A DNA stretch of 64,000 nt from Octopus sinensis (lineage: Eukaryota). Each line of letters begins with the position of its first letter. Within the stretch, counting starts at the first letter, position 1. The stretch covers positions 116,932,001-116,996,000 of the forward strand of contig NC_042997.1 in NCBI RefSeq assembly GCF_006345805.1, written 5' to 3'. Below the pieces are notes generated by a model. That model saw only the letters and a program-made list of their open reading frames with translations, was not told where the DNA came from and made no database searches. The translations under genes and the position numbers were made by a program. Shown piece by piece: positions 13,256-24,374 of this stretch.

Positions 13256-13562
13256 ACCCCCTTCGGTCATGAATGACCATGGGATTGCACCTAGAAAGTT
13301 ACCCTCCTAGACACAAGTCGGGGCAAGGTTGTTTATGGAAGACCAGCAGTCGCCCATGCATACCAGCCTCCCCTCTCCACGCCACCAGTGTTATCCAAGG
13401 GAAAGACAAAGGTCGATACAGCTTGGCACCAGTGACGTCGCAACTCATTTCTACAGCTGAGTGAACTGGAGAAACGTGAAAATAAAGTGCCTTGCTCAAG
13501 AACACAACACGCAGCCCGGTCCGGGAATCGATCTCACAACCTCACGATCGTAAGCTCGACGC
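13255..13562 (-). mobile_element. SINE-C (tRNA head, conserved central core, tail type 1)
   Basis: Shares the head and core gttgtgttcttgagcaaggcactttatttcacgtt..ccag..cactcagctg..aaatgag with 38769-39006, 28530-28670 and 45055-45320. Confidence 0.75.
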
Positions 13563-13756
13563 TATATTAGAAAAAACACCTTTTACCAATTCAAAATGAA
13601 AAATTAAATTACACCATCTAGAAAATTACATATAATAGAAATATTAAATATAAGATAAAAAATAATATACCGATGATTAAGTAATGTGCAAAATAATAAA
13701 TAAAACGTATATATTTGGTAGAATAACGACATGTGTTTAGAATAATATTCCCTCAA

Positions 13757-13809
<53 letters not shown>

Positions 13810-13878
13810 CATTATTATTATTATTATCGTTATTATTATTATTATTATATTATTATTATTATTATTATTATTATTATG

Positions 13879-13916
<38 letters not shown>
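13757..13916. repeat. (ATT)n microsatellite
   Basis: Direct observation. Similar (AAT)n/(ATT)n tracts occur at 38503-38571 and 40135-40203. Confidence 0.95.
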
Positions 13917-13921
<5 letters not shown>

Positions 13922-15601
13922 AATTAGATTGCCGCTTAACTGACAGACTAATCAAAGAGTTAAATTTCAAATGTGAATTGGTATATAGGCGTATGGTTTA
14001 TGAATTTTAATAAGAGCACAATAGAGGCAAGATCTGTATCTATTGACGATGGCTGATATTATTGTCCTTCACTATATGCAATCAGCATTGAAATCTGTTG
14101 TCGAGATTTCCAAACAATAGAATGTATTTTTATACTCTGTCTTTGAGTATAATATCGAGTCATTGAGTGCATGTAAAGATTTTACTTTTTTTGTGTGATT
14201 ATTTTTATTCAGTTTCAGTTCCACAAACTTTTACCAAGATTGCCATTCTCACGAGGAGTTCTTGATGGAATATTTTGTACAACTTTTGATAATGCAGATT
14301 ACATAGACCACTCTTCTTCTGACGCAAATTGCATCAAACAAACTGACTTGACACAACCAAGATTGATATAAAAAACACCCATCATGATTAAGAATGATTG
14401 CTATCCTGTTTGTTCTTTCATAACATAGTTGTTATCTAGACTCAAATTGTAGAAGCCATAATCTTAGCGTTTTTCTCTAACCGACTCTATAAATACACGC
14501 GCAACACATCTGTTATTGATATATGGCTGTGTGTATATGCCTATCTTCCTACTTAATTATCTATCGTAATATGTCGACTTACCTACCTGTCTATCTTCTC
14601 TCTTTTTCTCTCTCTTCTTCTTTCTCTTTCTCTCTCCTTCTTTCACGTTCTCTCAGCCTTCCTCTGTCTGTCTGTCTTTCTTTCTTTCTTTCTTTCTTTC
14701 TCTCTCTACAATACACACACACATATATATACCTGTTTGCGTGTGTATGTCGATATATACATGCATACATGCATACATACATACATACATACATACATAA
14801 TATATATATAATATATATATATATTATATATATATATATATATTATATATATATATATATATAGGTTATGCTTAAAATTAAAGTTTATATAGTTTATATA
14901 GACTTTAAAATGTAGTATGCAAACCTTGTTTTCGGTATGTCCGTAGTAGTGCGCCTTGAGAGTACGTTCACCACATGCGGCTACCAGGTGTCATCTGCGG
15001 TACTGTACATTAAAATGTGTGTATGTATGTGTGTGTGTTTTATACTTTAACACCGGATTCGCAAATACCTTCTTTCCTGTTAGCTCCCAGCTGATCAAAG
15101 ACTTGACCTTCTTCAATAGACCCAGCATAACAAGGGCCTTTTCATCTGAATGCCAAGGGCTGATTTCAAATTTATCAATTAATACAACTCCTGTTGACCA
15201 ATGCCATGGTTCCTGGTAGTACTGGGATGACCAAAGTCTTCAATTTCACTATAACGTCACGCTGACCAAATACTTCCTTTCCAATTTAAAGCTGGGATGA
15301 GCAAATCCATGTCTTCCACTATAGCCAGAGGTTGGCCAAAACTTTGCCTTCTATTTTGGCATCCGGATGACCAATAACTTGCATTCTGTTAGTTCGAGGC
15401 TAATAAAGCCTATTTGTGTGCTTTGGCCTGGTCGTATGTTCATTTGTAATTATGTTAGTATTTGAGGAATGTGCTTCTTCGCTGAACAATTCTGGATATA
15501 CACTCATAGTAATATATCGTCATTCCCTCTTGACTTTCACACTGTCTAAAAACAAAATCTAATTTAGAAATAAATTGAAATGTCTTCAAATACTCTTATT
15601 T

Positions 15602-16258
15602 ATTTATTTATTGCCCACAGGGGGCTAAACATAGTGGGGACAAACAATGACAGACAATGGAATTAAGTCGATTACATTGATCCCAGTGATTAATTGGTAC
15701 TTATTTAATTGACCCCGAAAGGATGAAAGGCAAAGTCGACCTCGGTGGAATTTGAACTCAGAACGTAACGGCAGACGAAATACCGCTAGGCATTTCGCCC
15801 GGAGTGCTAACGTTTCTTATTTCTTTATTGCACACAAGGGGCTAAACATAGAGGGAACAAACAAGGAGAGACAATGGGATTAAGCCGATTACATCGACTC
15901 CAGTGATTAATTGGTACTCATTTAATCGACCCCGAAAGGATGAAAGGCAAAGTGGACCTCGGTGGAATTTGACCTCAAAACGTAACGGCAGACGAAATAC
16001 TGCTAGGCATTTCGCCTGGCGTGCTAACGTTTCTTATTTCTTTATTGCACACAAGGGGCTAAACATAGAGGGAACAAACAAGGAGAGACAATGGGATTAA
16101 GCCGATTACATCGACTCCAGTGATTAATTGGTACTCATTTAATCGACCCCGAAAGGATGAAAGGCAAAGTGGACCTCGGTGGAATTTGACCTCAAAACGT
16201 AACGGCAGACGAAATACTGCTAGGCATTTCGCCTGGCGTGCTAACGTTTCTGCCAGCT
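15602..16258 (-). mobile_element. SINE-B three-unit array, 217-bp period
   Basis: Units 15811-16027 and 16028-16244 are nearly identical. Each unit ends in tail X (gtttagccccttgtg.gcaataaagaaat). Confidence 0.9.
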
Positions 16259-16493
16259 CATACATCCTTCTTTCACGTTCCTTCCTAAATGATACTTTAT
16301 TATTGGATCCCTTCCTTTGACAGCCTAACACTGTATGCATTTTTCTCATTTATAACACGCATGTATGACCATGTGCACAATGTAAACACAGAAGACATAT
16401 GATAAATATATAAGGAAACTGATTTTTATTCAAAGTATTGCTCTTGTTAATAAGTACTTTTCTGAAAATGTGCCGACATTTCACTTCCTTTAA

Positions 16494-16709
16494 TATTGGT
16501 TTCAAATTTTGGTAAAATAAAGCCAGTAATTATAGAGGAAAACGTAAGTCGATCGACACCGGTACTCAGCTGGTGCTTATTTTATTGAGCCCAGAAGGAC
16601 GAAAGGTAAAGTCGACTGCGACGGGATTTTGAACTCGGAACGTAAAGACGGACGAAATGACGCTTAGCATTTTGCCCGGCGCGCTAACGATTCTGCTAGC
16701 TCGCCGTCT
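16494..16709 (-). mobile_element. SINE-B monomer
   Basis: Head gacggcgagctagcagaatcgttagc; tail ...ccaaaatttgaaaccaat. Confidence 0.85.
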
Positions 16710-16736
16710 TTACTTTCTTTATAATTAAGAAGGTGG

Positions 16737-16953
16737 AAGGCGATGAGCTGGTAGAATCGTTAGCACGCTGAGAAAAATGCTTAGCGGCATTTCGTCCGTC
16801 TTTACGTTCTGAGTTCAAATAACGCCGGGATCAACTTTGCCTTTCATCCTCTCGGCGTCGATGAAATAAGTACCAGTGGAGCACAGGAATCCATCTAATC
16901 GGCTATCCCTGTCTCAGAAAGTTTCAGGTCTTGTGTCTATAGTAGAAAGGAAT
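16737..16953 (+). mobile_element. SINE-B monomer with 13-bp TSD
   Basis: ATTAAGAAGGTGG at 16724-16736 and 16954-16966. Confidence 0.9.
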
Positions 16954-17278
16954 ATTAAGAAGGTGGGAGATCAGTTGTCAACATTCACTTGATGTTAGTC
17001 ACTAGCATGAGTTTCACCCGTAGATGATATAACGAAAGAAACTCATCTCAAGTTACGTTTTGTGCGCTTTCGAAAATGTTACTTTGGATATTAGGTACCA
17101 GGTTTTATGTAATAAAACATGTATTTCGAATAAGTAATGAAAGAAACTTTTTTTTATAAAATTACATATTTAAACTTGATTATATTTCACAAAATATTAG
17201 TTTTATAAAAATATTAATTTAAAATTAATTACATTTTTAACATTTTATATGAAAAATATATATAGAAAAAATATATAT

Positions 17279-17690
17279 GTCCCAGACTTTGGCATCGAGA
17301 GTCACACAAATGCCAGAACCGGACGCCACTGCGTAGTACCAAGGACTCCAAATTTGCCATCAAGATGTAGGACAAGATATTGTGATAGCCTGGGCTTCAG
17401 AGGCCCACAGCTCTTCAATATCCTCCCAAAGAACCTGAGGGACCTGCATGGTGTGGATGCGGATGTCTTTAAAGTAGGACTGGATCTCTTCCTGTCAGGT
17501 GTCCCGGATGAACCAACTTCACGGCAGGAGGTGCAGATGAGGGCAGCTGCATCGAACTCTCTCATGCATCAGATGGCGTTTGCTAAAAAGCATCCGTGAG
17601 GTAAAATCGTGTAGCAAACCAAATGGCGGTGCCCCAGCATGGCCACAGCTCATTAGCTGAAACAGGAAAAATCAAAAAATCAAATCAAAA
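17279..17690 (+). mobile_element. 5'-truncated CR1-group LINE 3' end (ORF2 C-terminus plus 3' UTR)
   Basis: Open frame ..DSLGFRGPQLFNILPKNLRDL..DVFKVGLDLFLSGVPDEP.. fits the CR1/L2-group C-terminal pattern LFNxLPxxLR / FKxxLDxxLxxxPDEP. It is followed by a stem-loop tail and (AAATC)-like repeats. Confidence 0.8.
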
Positions 17691-18522
17691 TCCAAAAATC
17701 GATATTGCTAAATATGCTTTGATCCAAATCATTATTTGTTTAGTTATTTTTGCCGTTGAAGGTGCCTAAAATGGCTAATCACCATCTCAATTTAGAACCA
17801 TAGAAACAAATAAACCCATAAAGTTTTTTTCTTCGTAATATCTGGAATACACGATTCCATGTTTTCGTTATCTAGCAACAAAATGAAGTTGTACAATATG
17901 TTAATTTGTGCTAGCTGTTAATTTTCAAATTCTCTCTGAATCCTAGAATCATTCAATTCAATTCCCACCCCCCACCCCCGATCGTCTTGAAAATATGCAG
18001 CAGCAACATTGAATGCCACTCAATAACTCTCCGTTACCTTTTATCAGTAAGATAACGCAATAGAACTACTTGAAATTCTAAGAAACAAATGTAGCACAAT
18101 ATACACTTACATTTTCAATGAGAATAGTGAGATATCTTATCAAATCAGCTGGAAACTTCAGCTAATGTAACAAAGATTTTCGTGAACACAGTATGCTGAG
18201 ACAGTTTGTACTTTTACCTCTCCAAATTGCTGCACTTTAAACGGAGATTCAAAGATGTAATATAAACCTGCACAAGTGGATGTATGAGTGGAAAGAGACA
18301 AGATAAACTCCTCTGAAAACAATCCCCAGAGTTATACAGTGCTCTGTCAAATCTTAAAAGAGGAATATCTTATCAAACTTAATCATTTAACGGCTAGGGT
18401 TAGTTTCCATGAAAATATTTCATGATTTATGCATGATTTACTTCTATTATTTCACAAATTTTTATTAAAAATGGAACAAATCTTAACACTTACAACAAAT
18501 GTCTTTTCTTGAATTTCAAATA

Positions 18523-18756
18523 TGGAAATCCCTCAACTCTCGCGGGTGTTACGTTCAAAAAGCTCTTGCAATAGGTGAAAATCCGTGAAGTAGAAACAGT
18601 GCAGTACTGTATATTTTTTTATTATTTTTATAATTTATATTATTTTTTTAATTATAAATGCAAAACACCACCACGGAGGAATCGACGTAAGATTAAATCA
18701 TAAACCGCGATAGGTGAATCGAGATTGGTAAACCGCGATATGGCGAGGGATTACTG
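18523..18756. mobile_element. pogo/Tigger-like MITE (degenerate)
   Basis: The right end is the reverse complement of CAGTAATCCCTCGCCATATCGCGG. The left end TGGAAATCCCTCAACTCTCGCGG follows a TA. Confidence 0.55.
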
Positions 18757-18865
18757 TTATTTAAAGTACTCATACACAAGTATGAAATAAGACAAATATT
18801 ATATAACATTTTAGTATCTTTATCTTTGGTAGACAGAAACTAAAAGAAACCCGTCCTGTATATAT

Positions 18866-18899
<34 letters not shown>

Positions 18900-18900
<1 letters not shown>

Positions 18901-19095
18901 TTATTATATAGAAGGAGCTTCTACAGGACTAGAACTGTTTCATTCAAGAGAAATCTTCAGGAAGCTCCTGAAGATTTCTCTTGAATGAAACAGTTCTAGT
19001 CCTGTAGAAGCTCCTTCTATATAATAAATTAATTTTACTCTGCTATGTATTGAGTACCTTATTTACTGTGGTTAAGCCCGAATCAACCCGGGACC

Positions 19096-19105
<10 letters not shown>
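18900..19105 (+). mobile_element. Penelope-like pLTR foldback
   Basis: Perfect 63-bp arms (18900-18962 / 18966-19028) with loop AGC. CTGAAGA...GAAAC...GTC occur in hammerhead order. The tail ttactct..tattgagtac resembles that of the other foldbacks. Confidence 0.6.
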
Positions 19106-19138
<33 letters not shown>

Positions 19139-19184
19139 TATATATAAGTATATATACTTATATATATATATAAGCATATATATA

Positions 19185-20476
19185 CGAGGGGCGTTCAATA
19201 AGTAATGCCCCTGACCCACTACCCATAGCAGTTGAGCAACGAAACTTGGCACAGTTATTAGTCTTTTTCTACATAGGAACCACCCAGAGTTACGCATTTC
19301 TCCCATTGTTTGATGCAGCTCTGGAGACCGTTTTTGTAGAAGACCCCAGCTTGGTCCTCCAACCACGACGTGACTTCAGAAATCAAGGCTGCATCATCTG
19401 GGAAACGCTTTCCTTTCAAAAACAACTTCATGGCTGGGAAGAGGTGAAAATCATAGGGTGCAAGGTCAGGAGAGTAGGGGGGATGGGAGAGGAGTTCATA
19501 GCTGCACGCCTGTGCTTCTGATCTGGCGACACGCGAGTTCTGGACCGGAGCGTTGTCCTGCAAGAGGAGGATGCCTTTGCTGATCTTGCCCCGCCTCTTG
19601 ATTTTGATAGCTTCTCTTAATTTCCTCAAAAGTGAAGCATAATAGGCTCCTGTAATTGTGGTACCCTTTGCCAGGAAATCTGTCATCACTACTCCGTCCT
19701 GGTCCCAGAAGACTGTGAGCATGACCTTGCCAGCGGAGGGCTGTAGCCTTGCCTTCTTTGGAGGAGGTGAGTCACGGTGCTTCCACTGCATTGACTGGGC
19801 TTTGGTCTCTGGATCATCGTGATGGACCCAGGTTTCATCCTCTGTAATCAGTCTTTTGAAAAATTTTGACTCATCTTCTTGGCACATCTCCAAATTCATC
19901 CTCGAGCACTCGACGCGTTCTTGCTTCTGGAAAGGTGTGAGCAACCTGGGAATCCATCTGGCAGACACCTTTTGCATATGCAAATGGTCATGAATGATAG
20001 TTTCCACAGACCCGGTACTAATCTTGACCTCATGGGCTATTTGGCGAATAGTTATGCGTCGATCTTCCAAAATGGCAGCCTCAACTTGACGGACAGATGC
20101 CTCATCAATGGTAGAAGGGGGATGACCAGATCTGGGAGCTGTTTCCACAGAGTTCCGACCATGTCTGAATTCACGATGCCAGCGTTTTACAAGGTCATAT
20201 GATGGGGTATCATCACCATTAGTTACTTTCATTTCATCAAAAGTCTCCCGTGGTGTGCGTCCTTTCAAATACAAAAACCGGATCACTGCTCGACACTCAA
20301 CAGGCTCCATTTCACACTTGACTCAGTTCAAGCACCTGTAAATCAGAAACCACAATTAGTTCAGAGCTGTAATTTTGCACTTAATCTATAGAGATATAAA
20401 TAATTGCACATGCAAACTTTCAGCTAGATCAAACAACTGCAAGTGGGTCAGAGGCATTACTTATTGAACGCCCCTC

Positions 20477-20477
<1 letters not shown>
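19185..20477 (-). mobile_element. Full-length mariner (DD34D) transposon, 1293 bp
   Basis: About 36-bp TIRs CGAGGGGCGTTCAATAAGTAATGCC(C/T)CTGACCCACT with 1 mismatch, TA on both sides, and an intact ORF. Confidence 0.97.
19258..20310 (-). CDS. Mariner transposase, 350 aa, uninterrupted
   Basis: N-terminal HTH region, WIPRLL motif, TEDETW, LQDNA and YSPDLAPYD. Exactly 34 residues lie between the second and third catalytic Asp. Confidence 0.95.
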   Translation of the reverse strand: MEPVECRAVIRFLYLKGRTPRETFDEMKVTNGDDTPSYDLVKRWHREFRHGRNSVETAPRSGHPPSTIDEASVRQVEAAILEDRRITIRQIAHEVKISTGSVETIIHDHLHMQKVSARWIPRLLTPFQKQERVECSRMNLEMCQEDESKFFKRLITEDETWVHHDDPETKAQSMQWKHRDSPPPKKARLQPSAGKVMLTVFWDQDGVVMTDFLAKGTTITGAYYASLLRKLREAIKIKRRGKISKGILLLQDNAPVQNSRVARSEAQACSYELLSHPPYSPDLAPYDFHLFPAMKLFLKGKRFPDDAALISEVTSWLEDQAGVFYKNGLQSCIKQWEKCVTLGGSYVEKD

Positions 20478-20538
<61 letters not shown>

Positions 20539-20623
20539 TTGATATCTCGATTGATTCTTTGTAATCTATAATGAATTGATCACTTGTTTTACAGATACAC
20601 AAACACACGTACGCACACACACG

Positions 20624-20697
<74 letters not shown>

Positions 20698-20739
20698 TGT
20701 ATATACATATTTGTGTGTGTGTATTATATAAGTATATAT

Positions 20740-20798
<59 letters not shown>

Positions 20799-21958
20799 AT
20801 TATATATATATATAATATATATATATATAATATATATATATAATAATATATATATATATATATAAATATGAGTGTGTGTGTTTGTCCATCCACCATCGCT
20901 TGACAAGCGATGCTGGTAAGTTTACGTCTCCGTAAACTAGCGTTTTGGCAAAAGAGAACCGCTAGTTTACAAGACTTACAAATAATGAGTACTGGAGGTC
21001 GATTTGTTCGACTACAGGCGGTAATTCAGCGTGGCCGCAGTCCAATGAGATTGAAACAAATATAACAAAAGAGTGTATGTATGAATATATATATAATCAA
21101 AATATACAACAGGATATCAAGAAGCGATGCAGTACGACCGTTTCAAGCGGTTCCGTTTAATTGAACAATGCAACCATTACATCAATTTAAATGCAGGGCT
21201 ATCATCAGCTGCACAAATAAACAGAATTTTAACCAATTGGATATATTAATATACGCTGCTTATTTTGATTGTATTCAACTTACTTCGAGCTGTACCGATA
21301 TAATGAAGGATAAATATAGTAATAATAATTCCATCCTAGAATTATTGTTATTATTGCTATATATATATATATACGCGATGGGCTTCTTTCAGATTCTGTC
21401 TACCAAATCCACTTAAAAGGCTTCGGTTGGCCCAAGGCTACAGTAGAAGACCCTTGCTCAAGGTGCCACGTTGTAAGGATGACCCCGGAATCATATGGTT
21501 GGTAAGCAAATTCTTTGCCCCACAGCCACGCCTGCTTCAAAGTAATAAAGCATAAACATATTATATACTCATTTGCATATTTACTTGTTCTAACCATTCT
21601 ACACTACTGAATTAAGTACGTTGAAGTATTTGGATCGATACACACCTGAACATTGTCTTTACCGATATGATTAAATGACTAATGGCTTATTATTTACTCC
21701 GCTTACCAAATAGTAGAGGTACCATATTTGATCTCAGGTAAGAGTACCAAAATGTCTTGGTTCACTTCACCATTAAGTCCAGACTTTAGTCCTGATAAAG
21801 AGCTGTCTGCGTAAGTTAAGTGAAGTGTAACTCTTTAATGTTATACTCTCTTCGTTGATATCTCGATTGATTCTTTGTAATCTATAATGAATTGATCACT
21901 TGTTTTACAGATACACAAACACACGTACGCACACACAAGGACACACACACACACACAC

Positions 21959-22025
<67 letters not shown>

Positions 22026-22062
22026 TGTATATACATATTTGTGTGTGTGTATTATATATAAG

Positions 22063-22095
<33 letters not shown>

Positions 22096-22098
<3 letters not shown>

Positions 22099-22659
22099 GG
22101 GTAAATATGATTTTTTCGAACTGATAGTATGAGCAATCTTTATATATAAAAGAGAGGTTATGTGCTGTCTGTCTCCTACGATTTAGATTCCTAACTACTT
22201 CCACATTTTGCGGTGCAGTTTAACCAAAACAGGTATCTTATAGTCGTAATTCATATTGAGCCCTTCTGGGTATTAGCGAGCGTCTACGATGAGTCTACGA
22301 TTTAAAAAAAAATTACCATCAATTTTTCCCATTTTTTATGCATTTTTGGCATATATAATGGAAGTAACTCTCTAAAAATGTATTATTAAATCTCAGAACG
22401 TAAAAAGCTACAGTAAACCCCCCCCCTTTGTGGTTAGCCATATTGAGATGGCTATTATACTTTACATCTCTAAAAATGCTTATATAGTTATTTCCCTTAC
22501 AAACTCGAGCAACGCCGGGCGATACTGCTAGTAGTATATAATATAATAAATGCGAAAACTAATTTCTGTGTCTCAGTGTATCACCCTTCGACCCCTTCTC
22601 TCACTGACACTCCTACTATTGCTCATACTATCAGTTTGAAAAAATCATATTTACCCGAA
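22096..22659. mobile_element. TA-flanked MITE with 46-bp TIRs, interrupted by a Helitron
   Basis: The left TIR (22096-22136 plus 22532-22536) matches the reverse complement of 22614-22659 with 1 mismatch. TA flanks at 22094-95 and 22660-61. Confidence 0.85.
22137..22531 (+). mobile_element. Complete non-autonomous Helitron
   Basis: 5' TCTTTATATATAAA; 3' GC-rich GAGCAACGCCGGGCGATACTG-CTAG; inserted between A22136 and T22532 with no TSD. Confidence 0.9.
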
Positions 22660-22759
22660 TATTTTTCCTGAAGCCTTTTCATTGAGACTTTCGGTATTAC
22701 AATATTTTCAATCAATAATAAATCTCTGAACGAGATGTAAAGAGTAACCGCCCGACAAC

Positions 22760-23314
22760 GTAAAGTATACTAGCCATCTCAATATGGCTAACCACTAAGG
22801 GTGGGTGTTACTGTAGCTTTTAGCCCCAGGAGATCATCGTCTCCAGCTGGCTTTAGGCACACTTTCTGTGCCCTTATGGTATTTGCAAAGGGAGGTCATC
22901 CGTCCCTCGTAAACCTAAGCGATACGCACGGACTGCAGTTTCGAGGTAATTTGCCTCTTGTCAACGTACGGTTACTGTTTACATCTCGTTCAGAGATTTA
23001 TTATTGCCTGCAGACAGTTTTTCGAAATCAGTGACGGAAGTTACTAGAAAAACCTATAAGTATTTGCAAACAGGTCTTCCTTTCGTCGTAAACCGGTGAT
23101 TACCGTACGTTGACAAGAGGCAAATTACCTCGAAACTGCAGTCCGTGCGTATCGCTTAGGTTTACGAGGGAGGGATGACCTCCCTTTGCAAATACCATAA
23201 GAGCACAGAAAGTGTGCCTAAAGCCAGCTGGAGACGATGATCTCCTGGGGCTAAAAGCTACAGTAACACCCACCCTTAGTGGTTAGCCATATTGAGATGG
23301 CTAGTATACTTTAC
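22760..23314. mobile_element. Foldback/MITE with 213-bp TIRs
   Basis: Arms 22760-22972 and 23102-23314 differ at 2 positions; 129-bp spacer; no clear TSD. Confidence 0.9.
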
Positions 23315-23904
23315 AATATTTTCAATATTTTTTCGATATTCATTATACAGTTGGTGAAATTTATACGTCCTCACTTCAACCCACCAGTTATTATACTCGT
23401 CCATGCATAATACAAACAGGAATTTAACGCTGTCAGGATTTAGCCGAAATCCAACGTCAGCTTCCAATAATCCATGTATTGTTCTAAACATCTTTTAGAA
23501 TACTTTCTGGCACTTTTCCAAGTCAGTTATATTCTGCATAATTTTTCTGTCAAATAATATAAAATTAATTACTCATGCTGTAGCGAGCTGGCAGAATCGT
23601 TAGCGCAACGGACAAAATACTTTGCCGCATTTCTTCCAATTTTTTACGTTCTCAGTTCAAATGCCAGCGAAATTGTCTTTATCTTTTCTACTTCCGGTGT
23701 CAATAAATTAAATACCAGTTGAGTACTGGAGCCGATGTAATAAACTAGCTTATCAACGGTAAAATTTTGGGCTCTTCACCTTTAGCAGAAAGGTTTATTC
23801 TTGCCCTGCCATCCAAATATCGGAAACGTGAAGCTCTAAGTAGTAATCAATGGAGTTCTCAGCTTCCAAACTCACTCTTTCCTTTTTGTTCTCGTAACAC
23901 ACAC

Positions 23905-23960
<56 letters not shown>

Positions 23961-24374
23961 GCTCGTGTATGAGTGTATATATTTTTCATGCATCCCTTCT
24001 CTAATGTGGCTAAAGATGCTTGTTTGTATGCATATATATTGTATCTTCGGATTTGATATAAGTATATACGTGAAATAGTGCACGTTTTTACATATAAATA
24101 TATTATATTTCAATAGATTCGCTAAATTCTCTATAGGCAAAACCATATTACCATATAACGCCTATCTTACCCCAACATTCCTAATAAACATTCGGCGAAT
24201 ATAACTCATTCAGTTCTATCTTTCCGTTTGAGCGAGCTTGATAATATTCTCACAGTACTCATCCTAACTCCATCTGGACAAATGAAAGTGATAATTGATT
24301 AAACTCGCTTGAATAATTTTTCTCAAGTGACATAACTATTGGACATTAAAACATTCTAGCGTGCATGCGATGGA

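Noticed and set aside
15060-15370. Coding-like composition with a ~60-codon open stretch on the minus strand
   Set aside because: No recognisable homology and a poor splice acceptor.
15602-16258. Regularly spaced repeats as a CRISPR-like array
   Set aside because: Units are 184-217 bp SINE modules with no unique spacers, in eukaryotic DNA.
19879-20202. ORFs overlapping or antisense to the mariner transposase
   Set aside because: Shadow frames of a real CDS.
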